A stretch of 64,000 nt of DNA from Antedon mediterranea (taxonomy: Eukaryota; Animalia; Echinodermata): NCBI RefSeq assembly GCF_964355755.1, contig NC_092673.1, positions 30,997,648 to 31,061,647 of the forward strand. The letters are read 5' to 3'. Below are positions 45,101-56,160 of the stretch, in pieces. Every line of letters begins with the position of its first letter. Within the stretch, counting starts at the first letter, position 1. The notes beneath the pieces were generated by a model that was not told the origin of the DNA, ran no database searches, and saw nothing but the letters and a program-made list of their open reading frames with translations. Made by a program: the position numbers and the translations under genes.

Positions 45101-48100
45101 GACAGTAGCAAAGGTAACAATCATTAAAAAATTGTAATTGTTGTTATGGAAATTTCAGCCTTGTCATCTAACTATGCAAATTTCAGCATTGTCATCCAGT
45201 TATGCAAATTTCAGTCATGTCATTTAATTATAAAAATGTTCAAATAAAACATGTTTATTTTTTAATGCTTTTAAAAACAATATAATAAATTTATTTAATA
45301 TTCACATACAAAAGAAACAAATCAGTTTTAATATTTTAATTGTGTAGATGAAGAAGCAGACGACGAAGAGATTTACAAAATGGCAAATGTAATGCATGAG
45401 TGCGAGGGGTTAGAGGTCATACTATCAAGGTATTTCAGAACTTGTTTACTTAATGTGTATGTAAATTTGGCTCTATGTTTAAAACGTAATCATCTAGCTC
45501 TATATGTATTACTGCAAAGTTTGATAAATTTGTTTAATCTAACTGGAATTTTACTTAATCCTCTGTCTACACTATCAAAATTAATGGGACAAAAAATGTG
45601 ATGTGCCCATATATGGGTATGATGATGTCATAGTACTAACATATTTGGACATATCACTACCATATTTAGGCAATCACACTTTTTTTGTCAAACTAGTTTG
45701 ATAGTGTAGACAGAGCTTAAGAACAATGTCATTTATATAATAGTTGTCATTCCTATGTATAGGTTAGCATCTCTTACTGATCTTGTTCGTGGTAGACAGT
45801 TACTCACTGTCATGTTGAAGCTGTTTGATTACTGCATCAAAGTAAAAGCCAATCGGCAAAGACTCATCCAGACACGTCTACAATCTATCAACATAATGTT
45901 AGCTGTGCTCAACCGAGTACTGTTCTCAGAACAAAGAAATAGCGGTTCAGGTGGGGGAGCTGTGATCGCAGAGCAAGTGCTTGCGATAATGGAGATTATT
46001 TTACAGGAGGCCAACAGTGAACCTCCCCAGGAATCAAAGGTAACTTATTTTGGGAGAATAATCTTGCGACACTATCCTGTAGTGATAGAGTGACATGAGA
46101 AGGCTAAAGCTCTGTCTACACTATCAAACTAGTTTTATGTACCCAAATATGGTAGTGATATGCTTAAATGTGGTAGTGAATGATATGACATCATCATGTC
46201 CATATATGGGCACATCACATTTGTCACAGTAAGTTTGATAGTGTAGAAACATTTTACTCTCTGTTGTTGAATGAGGTAATTTGCACTTAATTATTTCTAC
46301 AGGAGATTCTCACTTGCGACAAAGCTCAACTCGTGGCTCTACTCGACCGTGTCAACAGTTCATTTGTCCGTTCCAACGCCAATGTCCTTCAAGGTTTGAT
46401 GCGGATCATTCCGTTCTTGTCGTTTGGAGACAACGACAAGATGGCTACTCTAATTAATTACTTCAAGCCTTACCTCAATTTTGAAAAGTAAGTTGGTATT
46501 TCCACTTTCATGTCATTTACAAAGATTGAGTATAGCTCACAGGCTTGGTCGTGACTGCGTTAACTTTTAGCCTAACATATGTATTATTACACAATGTTGA
46601 ATCTGACAAAAAAATGTTTTGCCTTTTCAACCATCATTGGATTGGATTGTAGTTTATATCAAAACAAGTAAAACATAGATTTCTATTGAACTTGAAAAAT
46701 GTTTAACTTACAAAATATGGAGCTTGCGATCAGTAATCGTTTGGACCTAGAAGCTGGCTAAAGTGTAGTGATGAAGCATGTCATAACTATTAATCAAAAG
46801 CTCTTTATCATTAGGTTAACCTTATTGGAACGTAGTTGATTAAACAAAACTGATACCAATGATTTATATAAGTTATAATGGTTCATATTGTATTAAATAT
46901 TTATTGTCCAAGAATTGGTTTTTCTTCCACTTTAGATTTGATGAGGAGCAGGCACAAGACCACGCTATACACCTACAGAGCTTCTGTGTTATAGCTGCAG
47001 GTATTGAGGTTAGTGTATTGTTTGTACTACCTCTAATTTAGGACCGTTTGTGAAATAATAATAGAAGTATTGATCTCTTAAAATAAAATTATTATAGTAT
47101 ACTATTCTCAATGCCACAAAAAAATTGGTCTGTTTTTTTTGTCAATTTAACAATTTTTTTTTTGTATTTCCTGTAAACAGAACAATGCCAACGGAAACAA
47201 CCTGAAAGAACTTATAATTGAGCAAGGCATTGTGAAAAGCGCCACTGATTACATCATCCACAAAATGCCAGAAGCCAGTAACCCTGACTCAGCTGCTTGG
47301 AAGGAATTCTTGGCAAGACCTGCTCTGCCATACGTACTTCGTCTGCTGGCCGGACTTAGTACGGGACATTCGAAGACGCAGGAGCTTGTCGGTGCCGACT
47401 GTATACCTGGTATGCACCGTATGGAGCAGATGTCAAGTGAAGAAGGAATAGGAACGTTGTCAGAGAATTTGATGGAAGCTCTCAAGAAGAATCCAAACGT
47501 CGCTAAGAAGGTAATCAGAATTTTCTTTAGGTCGAAATGTTCACATAAATACCATATTCCAGTAGAACACTTCTTTAGGATTTCGACTTACCGATTTCTT
47601 ACAAGAATAATGAAAAGCGAAAACAGAATATTAATTTGTATATATAAATATTTGTTGATGGATTCAAACATGTACTACAAATGGAGAGAGGCATTATATA
47701 TCAATATATACAAGTTTTGGTCCTCTCTCCTTCATCTTTTTTTTTTTTTTCCGTAATTTATTATACCATATGGACAATTGTCTGAAATAAAAGTTGAATT
47801 GAAAAAAAAAAATTGAATTTAGAGGACACTTTCCAGTGAAATAATTAGTGGAAAATATATCTTTGGCCAACCCCTATATAGTGGACAGAGGACACTTTGT
47901 TGGGTCCTGAAGGTGTCCACTTAATATGAGCTCTACTGTATTGAACATTTTAAAACACTAAAGGTTGTAAAAATATTTAGAACTTTTGAGTAATCATTCT
48001 TTTTGTTTTGAATAGATTGAAGAAGTTAGAACACAAACCAAGGCTGAGAAGAAACGGCTTGCTATGGCCATGCGTATGAAACAACTTGGGGCTCTAGGCA

Positions 48101-51100
48101 TGTCTGTAAGTTGACATTTCATTTTGAATTATTCATTTCCAACTCCAACCAACAGTGAATAAAAAGTGATGTATATAAGACAGGGAGAAAATACCAAACA
48201 AGAATAAAATAAATTGTCTTTGTAGATTTAAACATACTGTAATGCATCTAATATAAACCCACTTGAAAACGCAATTTTTACAATTTCTTTTTTTAGACAA
48301 ATGAGCGAGGTCAAGTAACTGCAAAGAGTATGTTGACGAAACAAATGGAAGAGTTGGTTGAGGAGACTGGTCTGACTTGCTGTATCTGCCGTGAAGGCTA
48401 CAAATACCAGCCTAACAAGGTATCACCAACAGTATAGTTACAGGAGAATCCCTCTTTTATGACACCCCTATTAACATGTTTCTGTGAAAGGGAAATAAGT
48501 GCTTTATAACTATGGCCAACAAATATTCAAGAACACTATTATTAAGGGGACACTCCTGAACTCAATCATAATTGTTTGAATAAAAATAAAATCTTTTCTT
48601 TTGTTGGTTTAAAGGTTCTTGTGATTTATACGTTTACAAAACGTATTCCAGTTGAAGAGTTTGAGAATAAGCCACGCAAGACACAAGGATACAGCACGGT
48701 GTCACATTTCAACATCATCCACTATGATTGTCATATGTCAGCCGTACGGTAAGTCCAGTTTCACACTTCATCCTTACCGTATAATGTACGTGTTACAATG
48801 TTCAAGTTCAAAGATTTTCAACATTTTAGCCAGTAAGCAAATCAAAGATGTTGTGTGTATGTAATGACCTTTTTGTTTTTCAGATTGGCACGTGCTAGAG
48901 AGGAATGGGAGAGTGCAGCCCTACAGAACGCCAACACCAAGTGTAATGGACTGCTCCCCTTGTGGGGTCCTAATGTACCAGAATCAGCGTTTGCTAACTG
49001 CCTAGCTAGGTAAGTTAAATTACCATTTGGGAAGCTTCGAGAAAATACTACATAAACACAATTTAAACATTCATTTTCAATGACACACTGTGGTATTAAT
49101 ACTATGTTGATAATTATGTAGTGTAGTTTGGTGACTATAACAGGCTTGTCTTGCATTCTCATGGCCCAGCGTTCAATCCTGACCTGGTTCCAGAGTTCAA
49201 TTCTGACCTAGTGTCATTTTTTCAGACTTGTATAATATAAATATATATAAGTGTGATACAGTTTATCTATGTAATTAGTAATATTTGATGTTGGATGTGT
49301 ATTTTTAATGAAATTGTTGTTCTTAACATTACCTCTGTTGTATCTAGACATAACACCTATCTTCAAGAATGCACTGGGCATCGTGAACCAACTCAACATG
49401 GCACACTTCACGACTTAAAGCTACTCATGCTTAGATTCGCCCATGAGAAATCGTTCAGTGACGACAGCGGTGGTGGCGGTCGCCAGAGCAACGTCCATCT
49501 TGTACCGTATATGATTCACATGGCGTTATATGTGATTAATACGTAAGTAGGGTGAAACTTTGGGAAAGGAAAGAAGCCCACCTCGAAATCAAACCTACTG
49601 GGCTTCTTTCCAAGATAGCATGAGCTTCTTTTCGAGTTAGACTACAGTATTTGAATGTCAAACAATACAAGCACATGGTTAAGAGTTAGTTGGGGGATTG
49701 AATTCCAGATGATCGAGTTTATATATATATTATATATGTTTTACAGTTAATATTACTAGTTTAAAGACATTTTCTTTTGACCATTTAAAAGATTAATAAA
49801 TGCAATTCATTGTTATTATTTAGAACTCGATCTGGGACTCGAGAATCAAAAAACCTAAGTACCTTCTTGAAACAAGGAAAGGAAAAATGGGTGGAGTCGA
49901 GTTACGAGGTGGACGGACCACACTACTACACGTTATTGGCTGCGATGTTACTGTCGCAGGAGGAATGGAAAACTGAAAGATTAACATGCCTTCGTCGGCT
50001 TATTATCACAGGGCAGGCGAGACTCGTCTCTCCGGGAGGCTGTAAGACGTAAGTATTCACTGGTCAAATTATCACTACTGTCCACCAAACTTCTGCAAGA
50101 TTGGCATTTCTTCTAAATGCGCAATCGTACATGTAAAATTCATATTAGGTAATAGATAGTATTTTAATTAAAATGATAGTACCGTAAAACCTTCTTTTAT
50201 TTTATTTATTTTATTATTTTTAAGATGGTATGTGGAGATCGAGATACTGTAGACTATTTAAATGTTACGGAAAATCAATAAATGTTGTTTTGATCTCATC
50301 TTGTATTTTCTTCTTGCCACTTTGTTAGCAAATAATATGTATAATTGGCAGAGATGAAAAGGATCATAATTGTAGTAGCAACTCGAAAAATTTATTTCAA
50401 AAAGACACCCAAGAGGCCTACCCAAGAGTACTAAAAAAAAAAGCAGCCCCTGGGCTTCTTTTCGAGGTATTTATAATGCATTTAAGCTTACATATTTTTC
50501 ATTTGTTACAGCATAACTGACAAGGCTGTTAAGGACTACACCGTTTACAAGTCCTATATAGTCTACTGGGCTCTTATGAACTGTTTTTATACTGTCCTTT
50601 TTAAGAAGGTGTCGATAACATCCGGCGACAACTGGTCATCTTCGGTCGCTGATTATATCCGTAACAATGATGAAACCATCTTAAAGGGAGCTGACAAGGT
50701 ATTGAATTAATAACTATTTATTTTTATGTAAGAATGACGTCAACACAGTAGGTGGCGCTGCCTGGTTGCTAGCCAACCAAAAAATGCATTCAATCTGCCT
50801 AAGTTCGAGATCACCAATGGTTTAGAATAGGCTTATTGAAGTAGTCATTTTAAAACTTAATAATTTTCAATAAAAACAAACTAAAATTTCAAAAGAACAC
50901 TAAATATTTGATTTGATAGAAATACAGACAGTTTATCAACATAGTAGCGTTGAACACATTTTTTGGTTGACTAGCAACCATGCAGCGCCATCTATCGTTG
51001 TAACATCACAACCCAGAACTCTATATTGCATATAATATGTCAAAAATGTATTTTTCTTTGTCTTTGAAAATGCAAACGATATATATTGTATACAGCCCAC

Positions 51101-51651
51101 ATTATATTATTTTTTTTATTATTGCGGTATATAAAAAATATGTATATATATAAAAAGCAGCAAAAGCTGAAGGAAAAGTATTTACATGATATATAGATAC
51201 TTATAAAAGACACATAACAAAAACACAATACAATATTATTATAAAAAAAACATATAAAAAATGACATTAAATTTAAAGATGATATGCTTTCTGATTTCTT
51301 TTAGTTGTTGGCCACGTATGAGAGTGACCTTTTGCCCTGTGAGTCTTTTGCAGAATTCTGTGATGTTAATGGTAAGTTCAAAGATCATTTTTGTAAATTC
51401 GCATTGGTAGTAACACTAGAGTACAGAGACGAATCTTAGAATGTAGACCAAGCTTTCAATTCACTATGGCTTCTGAAAATCAGCCAATCAGGTGCAGTTA
51501 TTCTGAAATTATAGAGACTGTATCCCCTCGTTGACCTTACACTGACGATAAAAGTTAACATGTGATTAATTCAATACATTTTTCTGTAGGTTTGCTTGAC
51601 GATATTCCTAAACCAGATACCTTTATCCAAGAAACTTTGAAGTCACTTTAA
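3169..51651 (+). CDS. UBR4: E3 ubiquitin-protein ligase UBR4 (p600), complete spliced gene with about 103 coding exons
   Basis: Exon 1 3169-3284 [24 protein letters not shown]; exon 2 3696-3793 [27 protein letters not shown]; exon 3 4238-4341 ...FCAVSQ. The last exon 51590-51651 is [20 protein letters not shown]. Recognisable UBR4 peptides throughout: [133 protein letters not shown]. Splice sites are GT-AG with one GC-AG. Confidence 0.97.
5720..5878 (+). mobile_element. tRNA-derived SINE fragment (same family; further fragments at about 12745-12895 + and 27660-27835 -)
   Basis: GTTCGAGCCC..TCTTCTCGGATAAGGACTATGAACCGTAGATCCAGTGTACACAAAATGCTTATGTGCACTTTAA. Confidence 0.7.
8782..8910. mobile_element. 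MITE family A (TIR AGCTCTGTCTACACTATCAAACT, Harbinger/Tourist-like)
   Basis: TIRs with TWA-like flanks and internal CATATTTGGGCATATCACTAC sub-repeats. Confidence 0.85.
9331..9432. mobile_element. TA-flanked Tc1/mariner/pogo-like MITE family D (CAGTAGAACC...GGTTCTACTG type; copies at about 7844-8112, 12047-12210, 16165-16292, 37800-37884, 47820-47938, 62368-63131)
   Basis: TA-CAGT...ACTG-TA ends and recurring AAGGGACAC/GTGTCCC internal motifs. Confidence 0.7.
14237..14403. mobile_element. MITE family A
   Basis: Same TIR and internal repeats. Confidence 0.85.
16495..16700. mobile_element. MITE family A
   Basis: Same TIR and internal repeats. Confidence 0.85.
16988..17169. mobile_element. MITE family A
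   Basis: Same TIR and internal repeats. Confidence 0.85.
18013..18171. mobile_element. MITE family A nested within a TA-flanked MITE (about 17917-18187)
   Basis: Family A TIRs interrupt CTGTGGAGCCCC...GAGGTTCTACTG. Confidence 0.8.
18468..18626. mobile_element. MITE family A
   Basis: Same TIR and internal repeats. Confidence 0.85.
20241..20965 (+). CDS. UBR4: UBR4 UBR-box zinc finger (exons 20241-20311, 20645-20792, start of 20957-)
   Basis: Spliced translation [66 protein letters not shown] is the UBR-box Cys/His pattern. Confidence 0.95.
21296..21420. repeat. 65-bp tandem duplication with ~32-bp substructure
   Basis: CAAGTCAAATATCATTTCACATAATGCATTGAGCTAAGTCTATTATCTCCCACAATGCA occurs twice. 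Confidence 0.85.
23629..23807. mobile_element. 179-bp MITE family B, PIF/Harbinger (Tourist)-like
   Basis: AGCTTGGTTCCCACTAG...CTAGTGGGAACCACGCT with TTA on both sides. Another copy starts at 63983 and a decayed one lies at about 22115-22210. Confidence 0.88.
23920..24375. mobile_element. MITE family A split by a 5S-derived SINE
   Basis: Left arm 23920-23977, right arm 24286-24375. Confidence 0.82.
23978..24285 (-). mobile_element. 5S rRNA-derived SINE (SINE3-like), 5'-truncated, inserted into a MITE
   Basis: Minus strand of 24281-24214 reads GAAGTTAAGCAACGTTGGGCCTGGTTAGAGCTTGGATGGGAGACCATCTAGGAATAGCGGGTGCTGTA, the 3' half of 5S rRNA with A and C boxes. It is followed by about 210 nt of unrelated body and an AATAAAATAAAAATAAAA tail. 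Confidence 0.8.
27870..28050. mobile_element. Palindromic MITE family C (TIR AGGGTCTTTCACACCTGTTCCGGCACGGTTC)
   Basis: Perfect ~31-bp TIRs and a near-complete fold-back. Decayed relatives lie at about 11241-11414 and 39545-39670. Confidence 0.88.
29816..29991. mobile_element. TA-flanked MITE (CAGTCAACTCTCCCAATACC...GGTATTGGGAGAGT)
   Basis: Terminal inverted repeats and internal AAAACCAGA repeats. Confidence 0.7.
32892..33150. mobile_element. MITE family A split by a LINE/SINE 3' end (about 32980-33110, minus strand, (TGAAA)n tail)
   Basis: The MITE sequence stops at GTGATAT and resumes at ATAACATCATCATGTCC. The insert ends in AATAAATGTGAAATGAAATGAAA on minus. Confidence 0.75.
34652..34890 (+). 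mobile_element. tRNA-derived SINE with Deu/Nin-like central domain
   Basis: A box TGGCCAAGTGG, B-box-like GGTTTGAGGC, then TCTTCTCAGATAAGGACTAAACCGTAGGTCCAGTGTACAC..GTGCACTTTAAAGAACC, which is shared with other copies in the window. Confidence 0.75.
36050..36381 (-). mobile_element. tRNA-derived SINE, same family, near full length
   Basis: Minus strand TGCCGAGTAG..GGTTCAAGAC..GGAGGTCCAGTATAC..GTGCACTTTAAAGAACCCAGTAC. The 3' part resembles 9505-9612. Confidence 0.7.
36387..36946 (-). mobile_element. Non-autonomous Helentron/HINE-like element
   Basis: Minus strand: TTATTACCTCCGCCAAGGAGGTT (subTIR plus short IR), GT microsatellite, two ~53-bp core repeats (36700-36752, 36818-36870), 3' GGCGGAGGT subTIR, palindrome GTACTC..GAGTAC and CTAGTTT end. 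Confidence 0.78.
37616..38840 (+). CDS. UBR4: UBR4 Cys-rich / zinc-binding central exons
   Basis: [46 protein letters not shown] and [17 protein letters not shown] in consecutive exons. Confidence 0.9.
40925..41076. mobile_element. MITE family A (further copies at about 24720-24848, 29304-29440, 35715-35834, 42339-42451, 44268-44386)
   Basis: Same TIR and internal repeats. Confidence 0.8.
42850..42950 (+). mobile_element. Second short tRNA-derived SINE family (copies at about 13170-13275 +, 20400-20490 -, 49120-49215 +)
   Basis: Shared GTRGCTTGGTGGTTAA A-box head and CAATCCTGACCTAGT motif. Confidence 0.55.
45150..45232. repeat. 28-bp tandem repeat x3
   Basis: AAATTTCAGCMTTGTCATCYARYTATGC units. 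Confidence 0.75.
45558..45717. mobile_element. MITE family A
   Basis: Same TIR and internal repeats; a neighbouring copy at 46108-46250 is in the opposite orientation. Confidence 0.85.
48297..51651 (+). CDS. UBR4: UBR4 C-terminal hemiRING-UZI E3 module exons
   Basis: [84 protein letters not shown]. Confidence 0.9.
50749..50994. repeat. Imperfect ~60-bp inverted repeat pair (MITE-like)
   Basis: TAGGTGGCGCTGCCTGGTTGCTAGCCAACCAAAAAATG versus CATTTTTTGGTTGACTAGCAACCATGCAGCGCCATCTA. Confidence 0.75.
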
Positions 51652-51864
51652 GTATCAACAAAAAGGCATGAATTCTCCAACTTATTTGAATTTTTAAATT
51701 AATAATAATAGCAGTAATTAAACTTCGCGATGACCTATGACCTAATGCACTGCTTAGGCCTACCTAGTGTAATGTACCCATGAATTAGTGTTATTAGTAT
51801 ATCTACAATTACAATTTTAAAGCTTTTATCATAATGTGCCTATATGAGTTAAATGGTAGTTTAA

Positions 51865-52209
51865 AGATATATTGTCCTCCTAAAAAAATATTTTTTTAAA
51901 TTTTTTTTTTGAATATGTTATTTTAATGTCACATTATAGTTATTCACTCTCACAAAAAATTGGGTCTGAAAAAAATGTATTTACCTGAGAAAAATGTAAT
52001 TTAAAGCAAAAAATGGTCAAATTGTCTGGAAGACAATGAGTTTTTGGGTAATTTAACTGTTTATTTTGTCTTTTTAAAGGTGAAATAATTTTTTTCCCCC
52101 GTTTTTTTTCTTATGGAAGTGAACAACTTAATTAAAACTGCAAAATGGCCTATTCAAAGTCCGATTTTAAAAATCTTTATTTTTCATGATTTTGGGGGAC
52201 AATACATCT
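51865..52209. mobile_element. Kolobok-like MITE with TTAA target duplication, just 3' of the UBR4 stop
   Basis: TTAA-AGATATATTGTCC...GGACAATACATCT-TTAA. Confidence 0.7.
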
Positions 52210-53230
52210 TTAACAGTGTAACCAAATAATTGTATGTTATAAAAGTAACCTGAATTCAAATAACGTTGAATATTTTTGTTTACATTAAAAAAAAACGGTA
52301 GTTTTAAATTCTAGTACCCTGTATAACATTATTAACCAGGGCCGTAGCCAGCATGAGACAGACTATGCACTCGCCTAATCTGAAATGTTAAATTTTTATT
52401 TTAACTACTCGCCCCATCATATTTTATATTAATAATTACATTTAAAGCATCTTTGACTTGTCTGTTTTTAACCTCTCGGTCTTGGTTATCCAATTAAAAT
52501 ACTATTAAACATCCGTAACAAATTGAGTGGTAAATTTATACTGTATGTCTAATTTTAAATTGATTGCTACTTTTTCTCCAAATCATACTTTGTTTAAGTT
52601 TATTTAAAAATCTTAATTTTGTTGTATGTTGTTATAGTTTTGACGAATTAATCAAATAAATTCTGTTCACCCATATCTAGGCACACTATGTCATTCATAT
52701 ATAAGAGATTTAAAAACATTTAAATCCGCATTAAACAAACATTTTTAATGTTTCACTATTAATATCTTTAATCACGTTCTCATGGTATTTTAATTAATTA
52801 ATGTTGTATGTGATTCCTATATTATCTAATACATTAATTTGTTATAACTACAAATGCAGGTTTTGCAAGATAACTCTAGGAAGTACGAAATATCAATAAA
52901 ATTGTGTTTGCATGAAATGATATAATGATCTCATTCTAGTAATGTGTTGTGTTGTAACCTCTTCTAACCTTTTGTTTGGCATTTCTCTTGAATGGGTTTG
53001 TGGATATCTCACAAGATCACAATGTGTGACGTCACACATCTATGACATCACACTGATTTATAACGTCAGACATCACAATTACGTCATTATTGTTGTGTTT
53101 GGTTATTAGATGCATAAAGATAATTAAAGTCAAAATCGTTGTTGCAACTTTATCAATTTAATCAATTTAATCAATGGAATTGTCAATAGAATCGATATAA
53201 CATAAACGCATAATAAAGATAGGGGGATGG

Positions 53231-56126
53231 CTATGATGCTGTGTCGTCTGCCTTCTTGTTGCAGTCCACGTTGATTTTCCCGCCTGTTATTGGATATATA
53301 ACTAGACAGAGACCTGATAGTATGAATGCAATTCCACCTACACAGAATACAACACCGTAGTTTCCAGATATATCGTACAGAGCACCTGGAAATAAAAAGA
53401 ACCATATTAATTCAACCTGAGTGTTACTGTTTGTGAGTTTGCGGAAAATAGGCTTGAAAGGGACGACTGACTGTTAAGGTTACAATTGCCAATCGCATTT
53501 TACTAACTCGGTCAACCCAATGTATATTTCATTTTTCTTTTTTTTTTTAGTTGAAAGGAATCACTTTGGTTTTCGGTAAACCAAAAACCATCTCGTATGA
53601 ATCAATCCACCTCACTGCACTCACAAACTCAGTAACGGAAAAAATAAGTGGAGTTATTATCAATGTTGTTGCAAATGTGTATTTTGTATAATTATACCCC
53701 GAGCTACCCTTTAAAGAACCAAGTGTCTCTGGCTACATATTGCTATTACGAACCTGCAATGGGTGGCCCAAGAAGAAAACCAAGTCCTTGCATCTCTATG
53801 GTCATTCCAAAGGAGTACGGCAGCGTGTCAAGCCCAACAAATGCAACAAGTAGAGCTGGAACCAACGAATCTGTTGAACCAGCTATCGTAGCGTATACTG
53901 CAGACAACATAAACATACCGGCAAAACTACCAACCAACGGTATGAACAGTAGTATAACTCCCGCCAAAACAGTCGAAATCATGTAGCCCGTCAAGCGATG
54001 ATACTCGTTCGGTATTCGATGAAATAATAGTCCAACGAATATTCTCCCTGCCGTGTCGGTTAAACCCATTATGGATAGAATGAAGGCTGACTGTTCTTCC
54101 TTTATTCCGAGCGTTAGGGCGAACGATTGAAAGTAAATGAAGGGAAGCTGGTAGCCGATGCATATCAGAAAGTTTGAGATGCAAAACAACACGAAAAACG
54201 AGTTTTTAAACAGCTGTTTGATAATAAACAAGGAACTAAATCTAGTTTTTAACATTGACACAAATTGAATCCTTCGACTTGGTGGTAGAAGTGGAGCACT
54301 GAAAATTATATCCTCCTCCTCCTCCTCTCCTTCGTCAGCTACCTTGCCGCTCTTTTCAGCTACCTTGCCGCTCTTTTCAGCTACCTTGCCGCTCTTTTTA
54401 GCTACCTTGCCGCTCTTCTCTTTTGGTCCAAATTGTTCAAACGCTGAAACACTGTTATACGTATCATTGATGCTGATGTTTGACTGATTTGTGGCTCCGT
54501 TTTTATCAACGTCCTGTGTATCGTTTGTCACGCTGATTGTCTGACAACTTGGTGTGCGCATTGAGTTTGAGAACGATTCCTCAATCGCTGATAAAGACAA
54601 CGCAGAAGCCTTTTTGCTTACGGTACGACCAGCTCCTTTTGCAGCTCTATCTTTTCGTGAAGTTGGAATTCCGAAACGAACACTACGTCTCTCCCATTTT
54701 CCAATAGAATCTATCGCATTAGCGGTGTTCTTTTTCGCTTCTTTGTTCTCTGCGGGTGAATTGTCGTTATTATCTGCAATTTTGGCAGGCTCCGGTGTAT
54801 CTTCTGTGATGGCGTAAACCTCCTCAGTAGGCATGTATTTAAGACTTCTAGGCCCAGTGATATCAAATATTATACTGGATGCCGACAACACTGGAAAACC
54901 AAGACAGCTAGCCTTTGTCATCAAGTCTACTGCGGTCAGCTTTTCCTCTTGTTGTAGGCCTAACTGATCAGTCTGAGGTGGTATTTTCCGTCTTATTGGA
55001 ACTTTCTTCGGATCGTAGATAAAACCACAAACATGTAAAGTGGTCTCTAAAAATCCTGAAAAAGAAAATGTTGATCATCATCAAACCATCATCCGCCTGT
55101 ATCATATCGTCATCACCTTTATCATCGTTATCGCCATCGTTTATTCCCGTCATCATCACTGTGATGTCATCAGCACCATTATAATTGTTATCCTTTTCTG
55201 CCATCAGTATTTTCAGCATTTTCATCTTTGTCAACACCATCCATCATTTCATCAACTTTTTTGTCATCATCATCACCATTCATCTTCGTCATGTTTACCA
55301 TCAACATCTTTACAATCATAGCTAGCATCATTTACGACCGGACCAGCTCCGCAGTAATATTGTTACATACCTAGCACGACAAATGTCTTTCTCCAACCGA
55401 TAATGTTAAGGAGAGCCTGGCATACAGGAGCTAGAATGAATGTGCCCACGCCAGAGCCTGCTACGGCGATACCAGTAGCGACCGAACGACGGCGCTCAAA
55501 GAACTTACCGAGAGTGACAATACAAGGTAAGTACGAAAGACCAAACCCTAAACCTAAAATGAATAAATAAATATTCGTTAGTAATCTAAACATTGATGTT
55601 TCATAATGATGAACTAAAAAAGTAGGCCTCTTTTATGGTGGCGTGTTTGTATTAGGGTCAGTATGCTTACACATAATCGCACTTAACTTGATCGAACCAA
55701 ATAATTTATCCATGTAGACTTTTACAATTGTGTTTAAATAGGCATACTTTCCAATACATTTATTCTAACCTGTCAGAACACCATACGTCAAGTAAAGAAA
55801 GGGCAATCCGGTTGCAAGTGAACTTAACATCATTCCTGCAGCTGCAAATGTTGCTCCGATTAAGGTAACATGTCGTGGACCCCATCTTCCGACCATAACA
55901 CTGGCAACTGGCCCTATTGTGATAATAATGTACGTAATTGCGCCAAATATATATATATATATATGCACTGATGAAGGGCTAGTGTTGCCCGAAAGCTCTG
56001 CTAACTTGTCTGGCTGTTTACTTTATCGTTTTGATTTAGCTTTTCGCTTTTTATTTTTGTATCTCCATTGAGATCCAGCCACTGATACCCACAGCATTGT
56101 CATTTTTTTCAGTAATTTGCCTTTGG

Positions 56127-56160
<34 letters not shown>

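Noticed and set aside
4824-49411. Numerous antisense ORFs of 60-130 aa within UBR4
   Set aside because: Shadow frames of exons, or translations of MITE/SINE/AT-rich intron sequence, with no recognisable domains.
54968-55321. Asp-rich and His-rich ORFs
   Set aside because: Products of a degenerate (CAT)n low-complexity tract in an SLC16 intron.
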